DNA from: Myxococcales bacterium | GTDB lineage: Bacteria; Desulfobacterota; Binatia; HRBIN30 | Assembly: GCA_037445065.1 (NCBI GenBank) | Contig: JBBILD010000011.1 | Location: 42,633 to 106,632, forward strand | Direction: 5' to 3' | DNA: 64,000 nucleotides | Shown here: positions 21,990 to 33,041 of the stretch, in pieces | How the letters are laid out: the number at the start of each line of letters is the position of its first letter | Position numbering within the stretch: the stretch's first letter is position 1 | Notes under the pieces: generated by a model | Database searches by the model: none | What the model saw: only the letters and a program-made list of their open reading frames with translations | What the model was told of the DNA's origin: nothing | Position numbers and translations under genes: made by a program

Positions 21990-22131
21990 ACCGCAACGCG
22001 CTTTCGAATCAAACGAGAATCCGAACTAGGTTTCGGCTTGGAGTTCGAGATGCCATCGTGCTGAAATTCCTTTGTCCTGAAACAGTGCACCTAGACTGTT
22101 GTGAATTAAGACGATCCGGGGCGCTCGTGGC

Positions 22132-23277
22132 TCAAGGTAGGCCGAGAATTACGACGCAGGACACCGCGCCTGGCCCGCCCACGTTATGAGCGAGGCCGAG
22201 TTCGGGGGAGCGCACCTGCCGTTCGCCGCATTCTCCGCGCAACTGGGTGACGCATTCATAGATCATGCGCACACCGCTGGCGCCGATCGGGTGCCCAAAG
22301 GATTTGAGCCCACCGCTGGGGTTGATCGGGAGGTCGCCGTCAATACGGGTGCGGCCTTCCCGAACCCATCCAGGGGCTTCTCCTTTGCGGCAGAAACCCA
22401 AGTCCTCCATGTTGGAAAGTTCCGTCCAGGTAAAGCAGTCATGCACTTCTGCAAAGTCAATGTCGCTCGGTTGTACACCGGCCATGGCGTAGGCTTGTTG
22501 CGCCGCCTGTTGGGTAGAGCGAAAGCCGAGGTAGTCGAAGGTCGGATCGAAGTACGGGCGCCCGGAGGTGACAGCCATTCCGAACCCTTTGACTAGGATA
22601 AAGTCTTTGCGAAAGCGCGGAGCGAGTTCGCGCTTGCAGAGGATGGCCGCCGCCGCCCCGTCGGTGGTGGGGCAGCAATCGAACAAGCCGAAGGGCCAGG
22701 CAATGATTGGCGCCTCGAGCACTCGCTGTTCGGTGATTTCCATGCGCAAATGTGCCTTCGGGTTTCGCGCGCCGTTGTAGTGGTTCTTCACTGCCACTTT
22801 GGCCAGCACGTCCCGCCCGACACCAAAGGTGTGCATGTACCGGTTGGCGGCGAGGGCGAAGAGGCCCGGTGCGGAGTTTCCCTTCGCGATCAGCGGGTGG
22901 CCGAGCCGGGGCAGACCGCGCCCAGGCCGATCTTTGAGCTTCTCGGCACCGAGGACCAAGACGATGTCGTACGTTCCCGAAGCGATGGCCAAACACGCGT
23001 TGCGAAACGCATCGGTGCCCGTCGCACAGTAGTTTTCGACGCGGGTGATGGGGCGGTCGTACAGGCGCAGCGCATCTGCCAGTGATACGGCTGCTTTGCC
23101 ACCCGCGGGTCCCGGGAGGTAGGTGCCCAGGTAGGCGGCTTGGATTTCGGCCGGGTCAATGTTGGCATCCGCGTAGGCGGAAAAGGCAGCGTCGCAGATC
23201 AAGTCTTCGTAGCTTTGCTCGAAGAGGTCGCCAAACTTTGTGCAGCCCACACCAATGACCGCAACCGTATCTCGCAT
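22132..23277 (-). CDS. Thiolase, SCP2/archaeal/PhlC type
   Basis: RVENYCATG (catalytic Cys), CPTTDGAAA, EVHDCF, GHPIGASG and AHNVGG motifs. Confidence 0.9.
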   Translation of the reverse strand: MRDTVAVIGVGCTKFGDLFEQSYEDLICDAAFSAYADANIDPAEIQAAYLGTYLPGPAGGKAAVSLADALRLYDRPITRVENYCATGTDAFRNACLAIASGTYDIVLVLGAEKLKDRPGRGLPRLGHPLIAKGNSAPGLFALAANRYMHTFGVGRDVLAKVAVKNHYNGARNPKAHLRMEITEQRVLEAPIIAWPFGLFDCCPTTDGAAAAILCKRELAPRFRKDFILVKGFGMAVTSGRPYFDPTFDYLGFRSTQQAAQQAYAMAGVQPSDIDFAEVHDCFTWTELSNMEDLGFCRKGEAPGWVREGRTRIDGDLPINPSGGLKSFGHPIGASGVRMIYECVTQLRGECGERQVRSPELGLAHNVGGPGAVSCVVILGLP

Positions 23278-23307
23278 GGGTTCTCCCTCGCTGTCTCAGG
23301 TAACGTA

Positions 23308-24708
23308 TTACCGTGGCGGGCGAGCTTTCCAAAAATAGTTGTAGTTGCCGCCGCCTTCGTGCAAGCGCCGATAGGTGAGTACCATGGGCGCGCCGATCTG
23401 CACCTCTTCCTCGCAGAAATCGGTGACTTGCAAGTACAGGCGCCCGCCCCCGTCCAGGTCCAGGACCACCATGGGCAAAGGATGCTCGACGTTGGCGATC
23501 AAGTGGTCAACCGTGAAGCTGAACACTGTGCCCCGACGGGCGAGCTTTACCTCCTCGAGTTGTTCTCGCGCTTTGCAGCGAATGCAGACGCGCGCCAACG
23601 GGTACTGCACCGTGCCGCAAGCCGTGCAGCGGCTCCCGTACAAGCGGACGTCCTGCTTAAGCTCTTTGAATTCCAAGATGTTCGTAATCGCTTCGCCGCT
23701 CTCTTCGCGGGGTAGAACCCGGTGATACTTGAGGTATTTCGCATACGACGGCAGTGGCAGGCGCGCGTTCACCCAGTCCTGCACGCGGCGGGTGGGGCGC
23801 TGGCGTTCGACCTGCTCGGTGGTTCGCAGTAAAACAGCGTCGGCACCTTCACCGAACGCTGCCACGATGATCCATTGGCCCGCGCTAGCCTGTTCCAGTG
23901 CTTGGGCTAGGCCGAAAAACGGGTCCGCAGCTCCGATACTACCCACTTGGGCAGCCGGGGGCAGGAGAAGCTGGTTTCGTTCATCGAACCCCACGCGTTT
24001 TGCCACCTCAACAGCCGCGCGAGGTTCTGGTGCATGGAGCACGAACTTCCACACCTGGGTCGGGCTGAGGCCGTTACGTTCGAGGAGGACCCGAATCGCC
24101 TCCGTCATGTCCCGGGCGTAGCCGTAGGACTGGGAGAACTTGCCTGGAAAAGCGCGCACGAAGACGCTGTCTTCGGTGCGCCACAGGTAGGTAAACTCCT
24201 CGGCAACAGAGGCTGCGTCTGTAACTTGAGCGACCCCGCCGTCTGCTCCCACCATCAGCGCTGCGGCTCCGTCCCCAAGCAGCCCCTCGATCTCGGACTC
24301 CGGTTCGGCCACGCGTGCCTCGCCTGCTGCCACCAGCACACCCCGGTTGGCCCCGCTGTCTACCGCCTGTACCGCCGCAACCAAGGCAGCGAGGCCGGCG
24401 CGAGCGGAGCCGGCAAAGTCAGCGGTGCGAGCAAGGCGTGGGAGGTCACAAACTGTGGCAGCAAAGGCAGCGAGCTGTTTTTCCCGGTACGGAGCGCTCG
24501 TACTTGCAAAGAAAAATCCGTCTACCCTGGCAGTGCTGCTCTCCAAGCAGTGTTGCGCAGCCTCGATTGCCATGGTGAAGGCGTCCTCGTCGTAATTGGC
24601 TACGGCAATTTCGCCCGACCGGGCTTCCTGTCCCCAGGCTTCCGCGATTGCCGCTCGAGGTAAGCGCAGCCGCGGAAGGTACGCACTATATGCTGTGATG
24701 CTTGCCAT
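23308..24708 (-). CDS. HMG-CoA-synthase-like domain fused to DUF35 (Zn ribbon + OB fold)
   Basis: YLPRLRL, DEDAFTMAIEA, GDGAAA; C-terminal CTAC..CIRC Zn ribbon and OB fold ending YFWKARP; start MASITAY. Confidence 0.87.
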   Translation of the reverse strand: MASITAYSAYLPRLRLPRAAIAEAWGQEARSGEIAVANYDEDAFTMAIEAAQHCLESSTARVDGFFFASTSAPYREKQLAAFAATVCDLPRLARTADFAGSARAGLAALVAAVQAVDSGANRGVLVAAGEARVAEPESEIEGLLGDGAAALMVGADGGVAQVTDAASVAEEFTYLWRTEDSVFVRAFPGKFSQSYGYARDMTEAIRVLLERNGLSPTQVWKFVLHAPEPRAAVEVAKRVGFDERNQLLLPPAAQVGSIGAADPFFGLAQALEQASAGQWIIVAAFGEGADAVLLRTTEQVERQRPTRRVQDWVNARLPLPSYAKYLKYHRVLPREESGEAITNILEFKELKQDVRLYGSRCTACGTVQYPLARVCIRCKAREQLEEVKLARRGTVFSFTVDHLIANVEHPLPMVVLDLDGGGRLYLQVTDFCEEEVQIGAPMVLTYRRLHEGGGNYNYFWKARPPR

Positions 24709-26200
24709 ACATCCACCTGCGAACTTGCCAGAAGAGAAGCGGGATCCCGAAAACGAACCAGAGCGAACTCCCCGGGCGGGACCGCGGGTCAAGATTGCAA
24801 CCTTCGCCACTCACACACACCCCTGCAGCGAAACAACGGGGTGTGGGAGTGTCCGATGGCCCTGGGGTTGGGGTTGTCGTGCGGGTTCGGGTAGGTGAGG
24901 GGGTGGGGGTCTCGGTCGGCGTGTCCGTTTGAGTTGGTGTGCGGGTGAAGGTGGCTGTGGTGGTAGCGGTTGCAGTGGGAGTCCGCGTCGGAGTCGCGGT
25001 GTTGGTGGGGGTAGCCGGAGGGAGGCTGCTGAGAAGGAAAGACAAGCTGTTCGCTCCGATCACAACCAGGTCCTCTTGGCCGTCACCGTCGAGTTCCCCT
25101 TGGCTGATCCGCGCCGCACCAGAAGGGGTGGTGCAGCGTCCAGAGGTCGGACTGTTCGCGAGGCAGAGGTTGGTGACTTCTTGGAACGAGCCGCCGCCGA
25201 GGTTTCTGAGGAACGCCACGGTCGCGTCGCCCGTGCTGAGGGTCGCGATATCGGGCAAGCCGTCCCGAAACCAGTCGAAGACTGCAAGACTGCGTCCGCG
25301 CAACAGTGGCGCGGACACTGCCGCGTTGCGCGGGGGCTGCCACTCGAGTTGTCCGTTCGTGGAAAAGCCAAACAGAACGACGGCAACTCGCCCGTCCACT
25401 GCCCCGCTTACGGTAGCGAGGTCTGTCACCCCGTTGCCATCCAAATCGGCGGCGACCAAATCAGTCGCCGACAAGCCTACGCTCTGGGTCCCAAAGAGAG
25501 AAAAGGATCGGGCGGGGAGCGGAAACGTGTCTTGGAGAAAGACAGACAGGTTGCCCGTGGCAGCGCTGACAGCGGCGAGGTCTAGGCGGCCATCCTGGTT
25601 AAAATCGGCAGTGACCAGATCGCTGACCGGTCCGCCCGCTTCCATGGAAGAACCCAACTCAAAGGTTTCTTGCGTCCCGTAGAGCACCAAAATGGTGTTG
25701 TCGTTGCCGGTACCCACCACCAGATCGAGGCGCCCGTCTCGATCGAGGTCGCCCACCCGAACGGTGCGAGGATCCGTACCCGCAGACAACGCCGTGCCAG
25801 CCACCGCGAGGCTACCGTTCCCGTCGTTCGCCAGCAGCCAGACACCATTGCTTGCCGCAACAACCGCATCCAGCCACCGGTCGCCGTTCCAATCAGCCAG
25901 GGCCAAACTGCGAGGGGCAGCGGGCACCGGGACTTGCGCAAAGCGAACAGCCCCCAGGCAGTCCCCGCTGGCAAAACGCTGGCGGTCGAGAAACGCGACC
26001 ACGAGTTGGCTGGCTCGGTCGTCGGCAAGCACGAGGTCAACGGTCCCGTCTCGATTCAGATCTCCACTCGTCGCCGCAGCGATCGAGGCTGAGACCGGGA
26101 CATCGCATGTCAAGAAGCGCGGTTCCTGCGCGCTTGCCGCGGTTGCTAGGAGGAAGGTGACTAAAGAGGTACCAAAGCGGAGCGAGGAAGCCGAAGTCAT
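24686..26200 (-). CDS. FG-GAP/VCBS-repeat surface protein with Pro/Thr linker and Cys-containing C-terminal sorting tail
   Basis: Signal peptide; seven DxNxDG-type repeats; PT-rich linker; tail EGCNLD..SLWFVFGIPLLFWQVRR. Confidence 0.82.
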   Translation of the reverse strand: MTSASSLRFGTSLVTFLLATAASAQEPRFLTCDVPVSASIAAATSGDLNRDGTVDLVLADDRASQLVVAFLDRQRFASGDCLGAVRFAQVPVPAAPRSLALADWNGDRWLDAVVAASNGVWLLANDGNGSLAVAGTALSAGTDPRTVRVGDLDRDGRLDLVVGTGNDNTILVLYGTQETFELGSSMEAGGPVSDLVTADFNQDGRLDLAAVSAATGNLSVFLQDTFPLPARSFSLFGTQSVGLSATDLVAADLDGNGVTDLATVSGAVDGRVAVVLFGFSTNGQLEWQPPRNAAVSAPLLRGRSLAVFDWFRDGLPDIATLSTGDATVAFLRNLGGGSFQEVTNLCLANSPTSGRCTTPSGAARISQGELDGDGQEDLVVIGANSLSFLLSSLPPATPTNTATPTRTPTATATTTATFTRTPTQTDTPTETPTPSPTRTRTTTPTPGPSDTPTPRCFAAGVCVSGEGCNLDPRSRPGSSLWFVFGIPLLFWQVRRWMYGKHHSI

Positions 26201-29058
26201 CGAGAAACCCTTTGCCGCCGCCCGCGCAGGTTGCGCAAGACCCAGAGTGGAAGCAATCCCAGCAGGAAATCCCACCCGGATACGTCCTTGCGGCCACTCA
26301 CCGTGCAGCCGCCCGAACTGAGATTGAGGGTGCCGGGCTTCAGAGTCTTCGTCGGGGAGCTCGTTGGTAAAGGGGTAAGGGTTCGCGTTCGGGTCGGCGT
26401 CGCTGTCGGGCTGCCACTGGGCGTAAATGACGGGGTCGGGGTGACCGTGGGTGTGAGGGTGTGGCTAGGCGTGAACGACTGGGTGGCGGTTGCGGTAGGA
26501 AGGGGGGTGGGCGTGTGGGGAGGCCGGCTGCTCACTAACACCGTGATGCCGCCGCCACTGCCGGCGCGGCCAGCGTTGGCAACCAAGACATCCGGGGCCG
26601 CGTCCCCGTCCAAGTCTGCCACGGCCAGCGCTACCGGCCGTTGCAAGCGGAGGGGGAAGGGAATGAGGCTGCGCGCGAAAGCCCCGTTTCGCTCGGCAGG
26701 AAAGAACACCAGCGTGTCGTTATTTGCGTCGGCTACGACAAGGTCCGTCATCGTATCGCGATTGAAATCCATGGCAGCGATAGCGCTGGGAACCGCCGGC
26801 GCAGAACTTCCACTGGGCTGGGAGACGACCAGAGTCTGCGAAGCCGAGAGGAGGAGGGCTCCAGTGGAAGAAAGGCGCCCGAGCACCACTGTCATGGCGC
26901 CGCTGTTGCCAGGGCTAAAGGCGACAGTCGTGAGGGCGAGGTCGGGAACCGAGTCATCTGCCTCGAGTACAGCACTCGCGAATGCAGAGGGTACCCCGTT
27001 GAGGAGCAATGGAGGCAGGGGACGAAATCCGCCCGTGCGTGGAGGGCAGGTTTCCCCGCTCGGGGTCGGAGGAAGAGCTAGCTGTTCGAACACCGTCACG
27101 TCAGAAGCTTGTTGGCTAAATGCCGCGATGTCGGGACGGCCGTCCCGATTGAAATCCGCCGTGACGATTCCATCCGCACCGCGACCAAAGGCCAACGAGC
27201 AGGCAGGCTCGTAGGCGCGACGTTGTAGCCGGTTCCCCATCACTGCGGAGAAGGTCACAGCGCCGCTGTTCTGGCGGGCGACCAACAAATCCAACGCGCC
27301 ATCTCGATCGAGGTCCACCGCATCCAAACCGGTTGCGTCCGTGCCCCTGAGCAAGGGGTTCTGGGCACTCGGCAGCAGAGCGCCGCTGCCGTCGCCGTAA
27401 AACACGTGGAGGCCGTTCGCGGTTGTGACCGCCACGTCGAGTCGGCCATCCGCGTCGAGATCCACCACCCGGAGGTTGCGAGGCGCACTCGGCAAAGGAA
27501 CTTCGCCGAGGAGCGACCAGTTCACCACCTCGCAAGCGGTGGCAGCGCCTCGCTGCGGCCGAGTTTTCAGAACCAGCAAGCGGGGAGAGGCGGCGTCCGC
27601 ACCAATCACCTCTAGGGTTCCGTCGCGATCGAGATCGCCTGTGCCGATCGCGACCACGCTGGCTGCGAGAGCCGGTTGGCCGGGGGAATCGGTCTCGCAG
27701 GAGGTAAAAGGCGCAGTCGGGATCGGAGTCGGCGTCGGTGTGGGTTGCGGAGTTGGCGTGAGGGACATGGTCGGAGTCGTCGTCGCGGTGCCCGGGGTAC
27801 CGCCGACCGGCGTGCCTGGCGAGGCTGTGGGGGTTTCCGTCGGGGGCTGGGGTTGGCCGGTGGTGTTGAGGATCACACGCGCTTGGTTTCCGTCCGGAGA
27901 AAGGGTGACAAGATCGGCTCGCTGATCTCCGTCGAGGTCTGCCAACAAGATCGTGGTCGCATCGCCACCCAGCCCCCCCGCGGGAGCCTGGACTTGGAAT
28001 CCGTTTTCATCCGGGAGCACCTCGAGGAACGGACTAGGGTCAAAACAAACCTCGCTCGGCTGCCTGCAAAGGATGGTAACTCCTACGCCACCGCTTGTAT
28101 TCGAGGCTGCGAGGTCGAGTTTCCCATCGTTGTCCAAATCGCCTGCCGCCAAACCGATCGAGTCAACCTCGACAAAGTCCGTGGCTGCCGTCTCGAAGGA
28201 GTCACCGGTGCCGAACAGCAGCGAGACTTTTGCATCCACATCGATGCCGCTGACGGCGGCAAGGTCGTCGAGCGCCGAATCACGTCCGAAGTCGCCAGCA
28301 ACGAGACCCGCGGGACGATCTCCAACGCTGAAGAGCTGCGGTGTTTGAAAGGTTCCGTCGCCTCTGCCCAACAATAGGACGACGCGGTTTCCGCCGGAGC
28401 TACTTACAGCGAGGTCCACAAAGGAATCGTTGTTGAAGTTACCGGCAACGATCGCGTAATTGTCGCGGGTGCCAGGGCCGGTGGAGATACTAGGGGTCGG
28501 AAAGTCATTGAACTGCCCGTTGCCGAGCCCTTTGAGCAAATGGATCGTGCTCGAACTCAGCACAGCCAAGTCGAGTCGGCGGTCGCCATCGAAGTCCGCC
28601 GCGACGAGACCGCGGGGAGACGGGTCGACCAGAAATCCATCCACGAAGTTTTCATCGGCTTCGAAGGAGAAATCCTCGACGGATTGGAGGAGGACCGAAA
28701 CACTGCCGCTGGCTCGATTGGCGGTGATGAGATCCGGTCGCCTGTCGCGGTTCACGTCCGCGATAAGCACGGCGACCGGCTCCCCAGCGGTATCCCCAAA
28801 CTCCTGCAGTTCGAAGTTCCCGCGTCCGTCGTTGAGGAAAATCTCGACTTGGTCTTCGCCCGGCGACGTGACCACTAGGTCCGCGGCGCCATCTTCGTTG
28901 AGGTCTGCGATGGCCGCCGCTTGTGGACCCGGGTTGTCGCCCGCGTTCACATCCAGCGTAGAGAGCTGGCGAAAGGTAATTCGTGCGCTTACCGGATTGG
29001 CCACGCTCAGCCACAGCACAACGGCAACCCAGAACCCAGCACGGTGCGGCGGTCGCAT
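26197..29058 (-). CDS. Double FG-GAP/VCBS propeller surface protein with MYXO-CTERM-like tail
   Basis: Signal peptide; two sets of about seven DxDxDG repeats separated by a PT linker; tail SSGGCTV..FLLGLLPLWVLRNLRGRR. Confidence 0.85.
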   Translation of the reverse strand: MRPPHRAGFWVAVVLWLSVANPVSARITFRQLSTLDVNAGDNPGPQAAAIADLNEDGAADLVVTSPGEDQVEIFLNDGRGNFELQEFGDTAGEPVAVLIADVNRDRRPDLITANRASGSVSVLLQSVEDFSFEADENFVDGFLVDPSPRGLVAADFDGDRRLDLAVLSSSTIHLLKGLGNGQFNDFPTPSISTGPGTRDNYAIVAGNFNNDSFVDLAVSSSGGNRVVLLLGRGDGTFQTPQLFSVGDRPAGLVAGDFGRDSALDDLAAVSGIDVDAKVSLLFGTGDSFETAATDFVEVDSIGLAAGDLDNDGKLDLAASNTSGGVGVTILCRQPSEVCFDPSPFLEVLPDENGFQVQAPAGGLGGDATTILLADLDGDQRADLVTLSPDGNQARVILNTTGQPQPPTETPTASPGTPVGGTPGTATTTPTMSLTPTPQPTPTPTPIPTAPFTSCETDSPGQPALAASVVAIGTGDLDRDGTLEVIGADAASPRLLVLKTRPQRGAATACEVVNWSLLGEVPLPSAPRNLRVVDLDADGRLDVAVTTANGLHVFYGDGSGALLPSAQNPLLRGTDATGLDAVDLDRDGALDLLVARQNSGAVTFSAVMGNRLQRRAYEPACSLAFGRGADGIVTADFNRDGRPDIAAFSQQASDVTVFEQLALPPTPSGETCPPRTGGFRPLPPLLLNGVPSAFASAVLEADDSVPDLALTTVAFSPGNSGAMTVVLGRLSSTGALLLSASQTLVVSQPSGSSAPAVPSAIAAMDFNRDTMTDLVVADANNDTLVFFPAERNGAFARSLIPFPLRLQRPVALAVADLDGDAAPDVLVANAGRAGSGGGITVLVSSRPPHTPTPLPTATATQSFTPSHTLTPTVTPTPSFTPSGSPTATPTRTRTLTPLPTSSPTKTLKPGTLNLSSGGCTVSGRKDVSGWDFLLGLLPLWVLRNLRGRRQRVSR

Positions 29059-29132
29059 GAATGGCGGCCTTATTCGCCGTTGCCTCCTGTTTTGTCAATG
29101 CGCGAAAAGACGGTGCTGCCGCAAATACAGCG

Positions 29133-29177
29133 AAAAAAACATGGGTGCTGCGTTCGCGGGGAACGCCAGCACCCATG
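29133..29177 (-). terminator. Rho-independent terminator after groL
   Basis: CATGGGTGCTG..CAGCACCCATG stem followed on the minus strand by a run of 7 T. Confidence 0.85.
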
Positions 29178-29212
29178 CTTCGAGATGCGTGGATCGGAGA
29201 CGGAGACTGGGG

Positions 29213-30850
<1,638 letters not shown>

Positions 30851-31141
30851 TCATTTCTCGATCACGGCGAGGATGTCTTCCTCACGCATGATCAGGTAGT
30901 TCTCGTCGTCTACTTCGATCTCACTTCCCGCGTACTTACCAAATAAAACGCGATCCCCGGGCTTTACCGAAAGGGGCGTGCGCTTGCCGTCTTCGTCCAA
31001 CCGGCCAGGACCGACGGCCACGACCTTGCCTTCTTGCGGTTTCTCTTTCGCCGTGTCGGGGATGATAATCCCGCCCTTTGATTTTTCCTCTTCTTCGATC
31101 CGCTGGACCAAGACGCGGTCTTGCAAGGGTCGAATCTTCAT
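30851..31141 (-). CDS. groS: Co-chaperonin GroES
   Basis: [31 protein letters not shown] ribosome-binding site. Confidence 0.98.
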   Translation of the reverse strand: MKIRPLQDRVLVQRIEEEEKSKGGIIIPDTAKEKPQEGKVVAVGPGRLDEDGKRTPLSVKPGDRVLFGKYAGSEIEVDDENYLIMREEDILAVIEK

Positions 31142-31205
31142 AGTCCTCCTCCTTTCGGGTCTCGTCGTAGATGAGAAGATATCGGGTTCGAGAAAACCCG
31201 GCGGC

Positions 31206-31233
31206 AAGCTAACGGGCGGCAAAAATCTGTCAA
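31206..31233 (-). promoter_or_regulatory. Candidate sigma-70 promoter of groSL overlapping the dnaA stop codon
   Basis: TTGACA-N16-TAGCTT on the minus strand; the TGA inside TTGACA is the dnaA stop. Confidence 0.55.
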
Positions 31234-32630
31234 GCCCGTTGTACGGGCGAGAGTCCTCCGCCGGCGCAAAGCTGCGCTTTGAGGTTCTGGATCACGCGGG
31301 CGAGTTCCGGATCCTGTTGCTGCCGTTGCTCAGCGCAGCGAACTGCGTAGAGGACGCTCGTATGATCCCGCCCTCCAAACTCTTGCGCAATCGCCGTTAG
31401 GGAAGCCCCTGCTACCGTGCGAGCCAAGAACATGGCAACCTGCCGGGCGATGCAAGCAATCCGGTCGCGTCGTTGCGAGCAAAGGTCTTCGACAGTGATC
31501 CCGTAATAATCGGCAACATGACGTTGGATCGTGGCCACGTCTGGAGGACTGGGTGCGACCGCCACCCCTGGCGCTCCCAAGGCTTCATCCAGCAAACTCG
31601 TGTCAATGGACCGGTTCAAGAAGGAGGCCAACGCCAAGACCCGGTTCAAGGCTCCTTCCAACTCCCGCACGCTCGGTCCGGCACGCAGCGAGATGGCCTC
31701 GAGGAGTTCCACCGGCAGTTCGACTCCCCGTGCGGTGGCCTTGCTCTGCAGGATCAGGACGCGCATCTCGGGCGTCGGCGGACGCATGTCTGCGATCAGT
31801 CCGCCTTCGAACCGGCTCCGTAACCGCTGTTCCAAGCGGGCGATGTTTTTCGGGGGTTCATCCGAGGTCAGCACCACTTGCCGGCCTTCGTGATAGAGGG
31901 CCTCGAAGGTGTGGAAGAACTCCTCTTGCATGCGATCCTTACCCGCCAAGAACTGCACGTCGTCGAGGATCAACGCATCCAGCCGCCGAAAACGATCGCG
32001 GAACTCGGGCATGCGGTCATTCTTGAGTGCCTGGATCAAGAGGTTGGTGAACGTCTCCGCGGACAGGCAGCCAATCCGCTGCCGCTTCGACTCGCGCAGC
32101 AGCTCATGGCCAATGGCGTTGACCAAATGGGTTTTTCCGACTCCTACGGAGCCCCAGAGGAACAGGGGATTGAAGCGAGTCGCGCGGCCGTTTGTGGCCA
32201 CCGCACGGGCCGCCTCGTATGCGACCTCGTTGGCGGCGCCCACGACGAAGCGCTCGAACGTGTAGCCGGGGATCAGGCGGCCGACCGCCGGTCCCCGTGG
32301 CGCCCGCTCCACCGTCGTCGCGCTCGCAGTCGGGGGCGCGGTCGGTGTTGGCTCGGTATGTCGCGCGTCACTCGATTGCCGACTCGGGCCCGGACTCACC
32401 ACGACACGAATGACGGGAGGCGGACTGCCGGGCTGCCGCAGCGCAGAAGCGATGGCGCGCAGGAAATGCCGAGACACCCAGTCTTGAAAGAAACGGTTCG
32501 GCACTTCCAGGCGATAGCGCCCTTGCTCTTCAATGAGCCGCGTGGGCTTGATCCAGGTCTCGTAATTCCGCTCGCCGATCACCTCCTTCAGATGCGCCAG
32601 ACTCCCACTCCGTTCCTCTTCCATCTGCAT
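31230..32630 (-). CDS. dnaA: Chromosomal replication initiator DnaA (possibly a second paralog)
   Basis: Domain I ([14 protein letters not shown]), AAA+ ([46 protein letters not shown]), domain IV (FGGRDHTSV); start uncertain. Confidence 0.92.
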   Translation of the reverse strand: MQMEEERSGSLAHLKEVIGERNYETWIKPTRLIEEQGRYRLEVPNRFFQDWVSRHFLRAIASALRQPGSPPPVIRVVVSPGPSRQSSDARHTEPTPTAPPTASATTVERAPRGPAVGRLIPGYTFERFVVGAANEVAYEAARAVATNGRATRFNPLFLWGSVGVGKTHLVNAIGHELLRESKRQRIGCLSAETFTNLLIQALKNDRMPEFRDRFRRLDALILDDVQFLAGKDRMQEEFFHTFEALYHEGRQVVLTSDEPPKNIARLEQRLRSRFEGGLIADMRPPTPEMRVLILQSKATARGVELPVELLEAISLRAGPSVRELEGALNRVLALASFLNRSIDTSLLDEALGAPGVAVAPSPPDVATIQRHVADYYGITVEDLCSQRRDRIACIARQVAMFLARTVAGASLTAIAQEFGGRDHTSVLYAVRCAEQRQQQDPELARVIQNLKAQLCAGGGLSPVQRA

Positions 32631-32677
32631 GCGCGCCTCCGTGCTCTTCGAAGGTTTCCAGTCGGCCGGCGCAGCGC

Positions 32678-32754
32678 CTTTCCACACCTGGGGAAAATTG
32701 CCCATCTCCATGTCGGAGAAGAACTTTCCCGTTTTCCACACAAACACATCCACA
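32678..32754. promoter_or_regulatory. Cluster of DnaA-box-like sites upstream of dnaA
   Basis: TTTTCCACA (32732-32740, fits TTWTNCACA), CTTTCCACA (32678-32686) and ACATCCACA (32746-32754), all in the same orientation. Confidence 0.6.
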
Positions 32755-33041
32755 GCCTGACCCAACCACACCCACCCCTACTGCGTTCCTCTTCCTCGGG
32801 GCGGTGCGCTACCGACGTTCCGTTGGTGATCATCCTACGACCAACGATGCCGTTGACGGCAAGGGCGCCTCAAGTAGTGGGTGCTGCCAGGGGAGTCAAG
32901 AATCCGCGGGCCGCTTGCGGATGTACTTGAAGTGACGAGAAGATTTTCACGCTCAATATATCGCCTCCCGATACGCGTTTTGGAGGGCTTCGGGAGCTGC
33001 TCCGGTAAGTGTGCGTGAGACAAGAGAATTTTGCGCGCGCA

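Noticed and set aside
32631..33041. Definite oriC call upstream of dnaA
   Set aside because: Only three boxes (one matching consensus), no AT-rich unwinding region and no dnaN; kept only as a regulatory candidate
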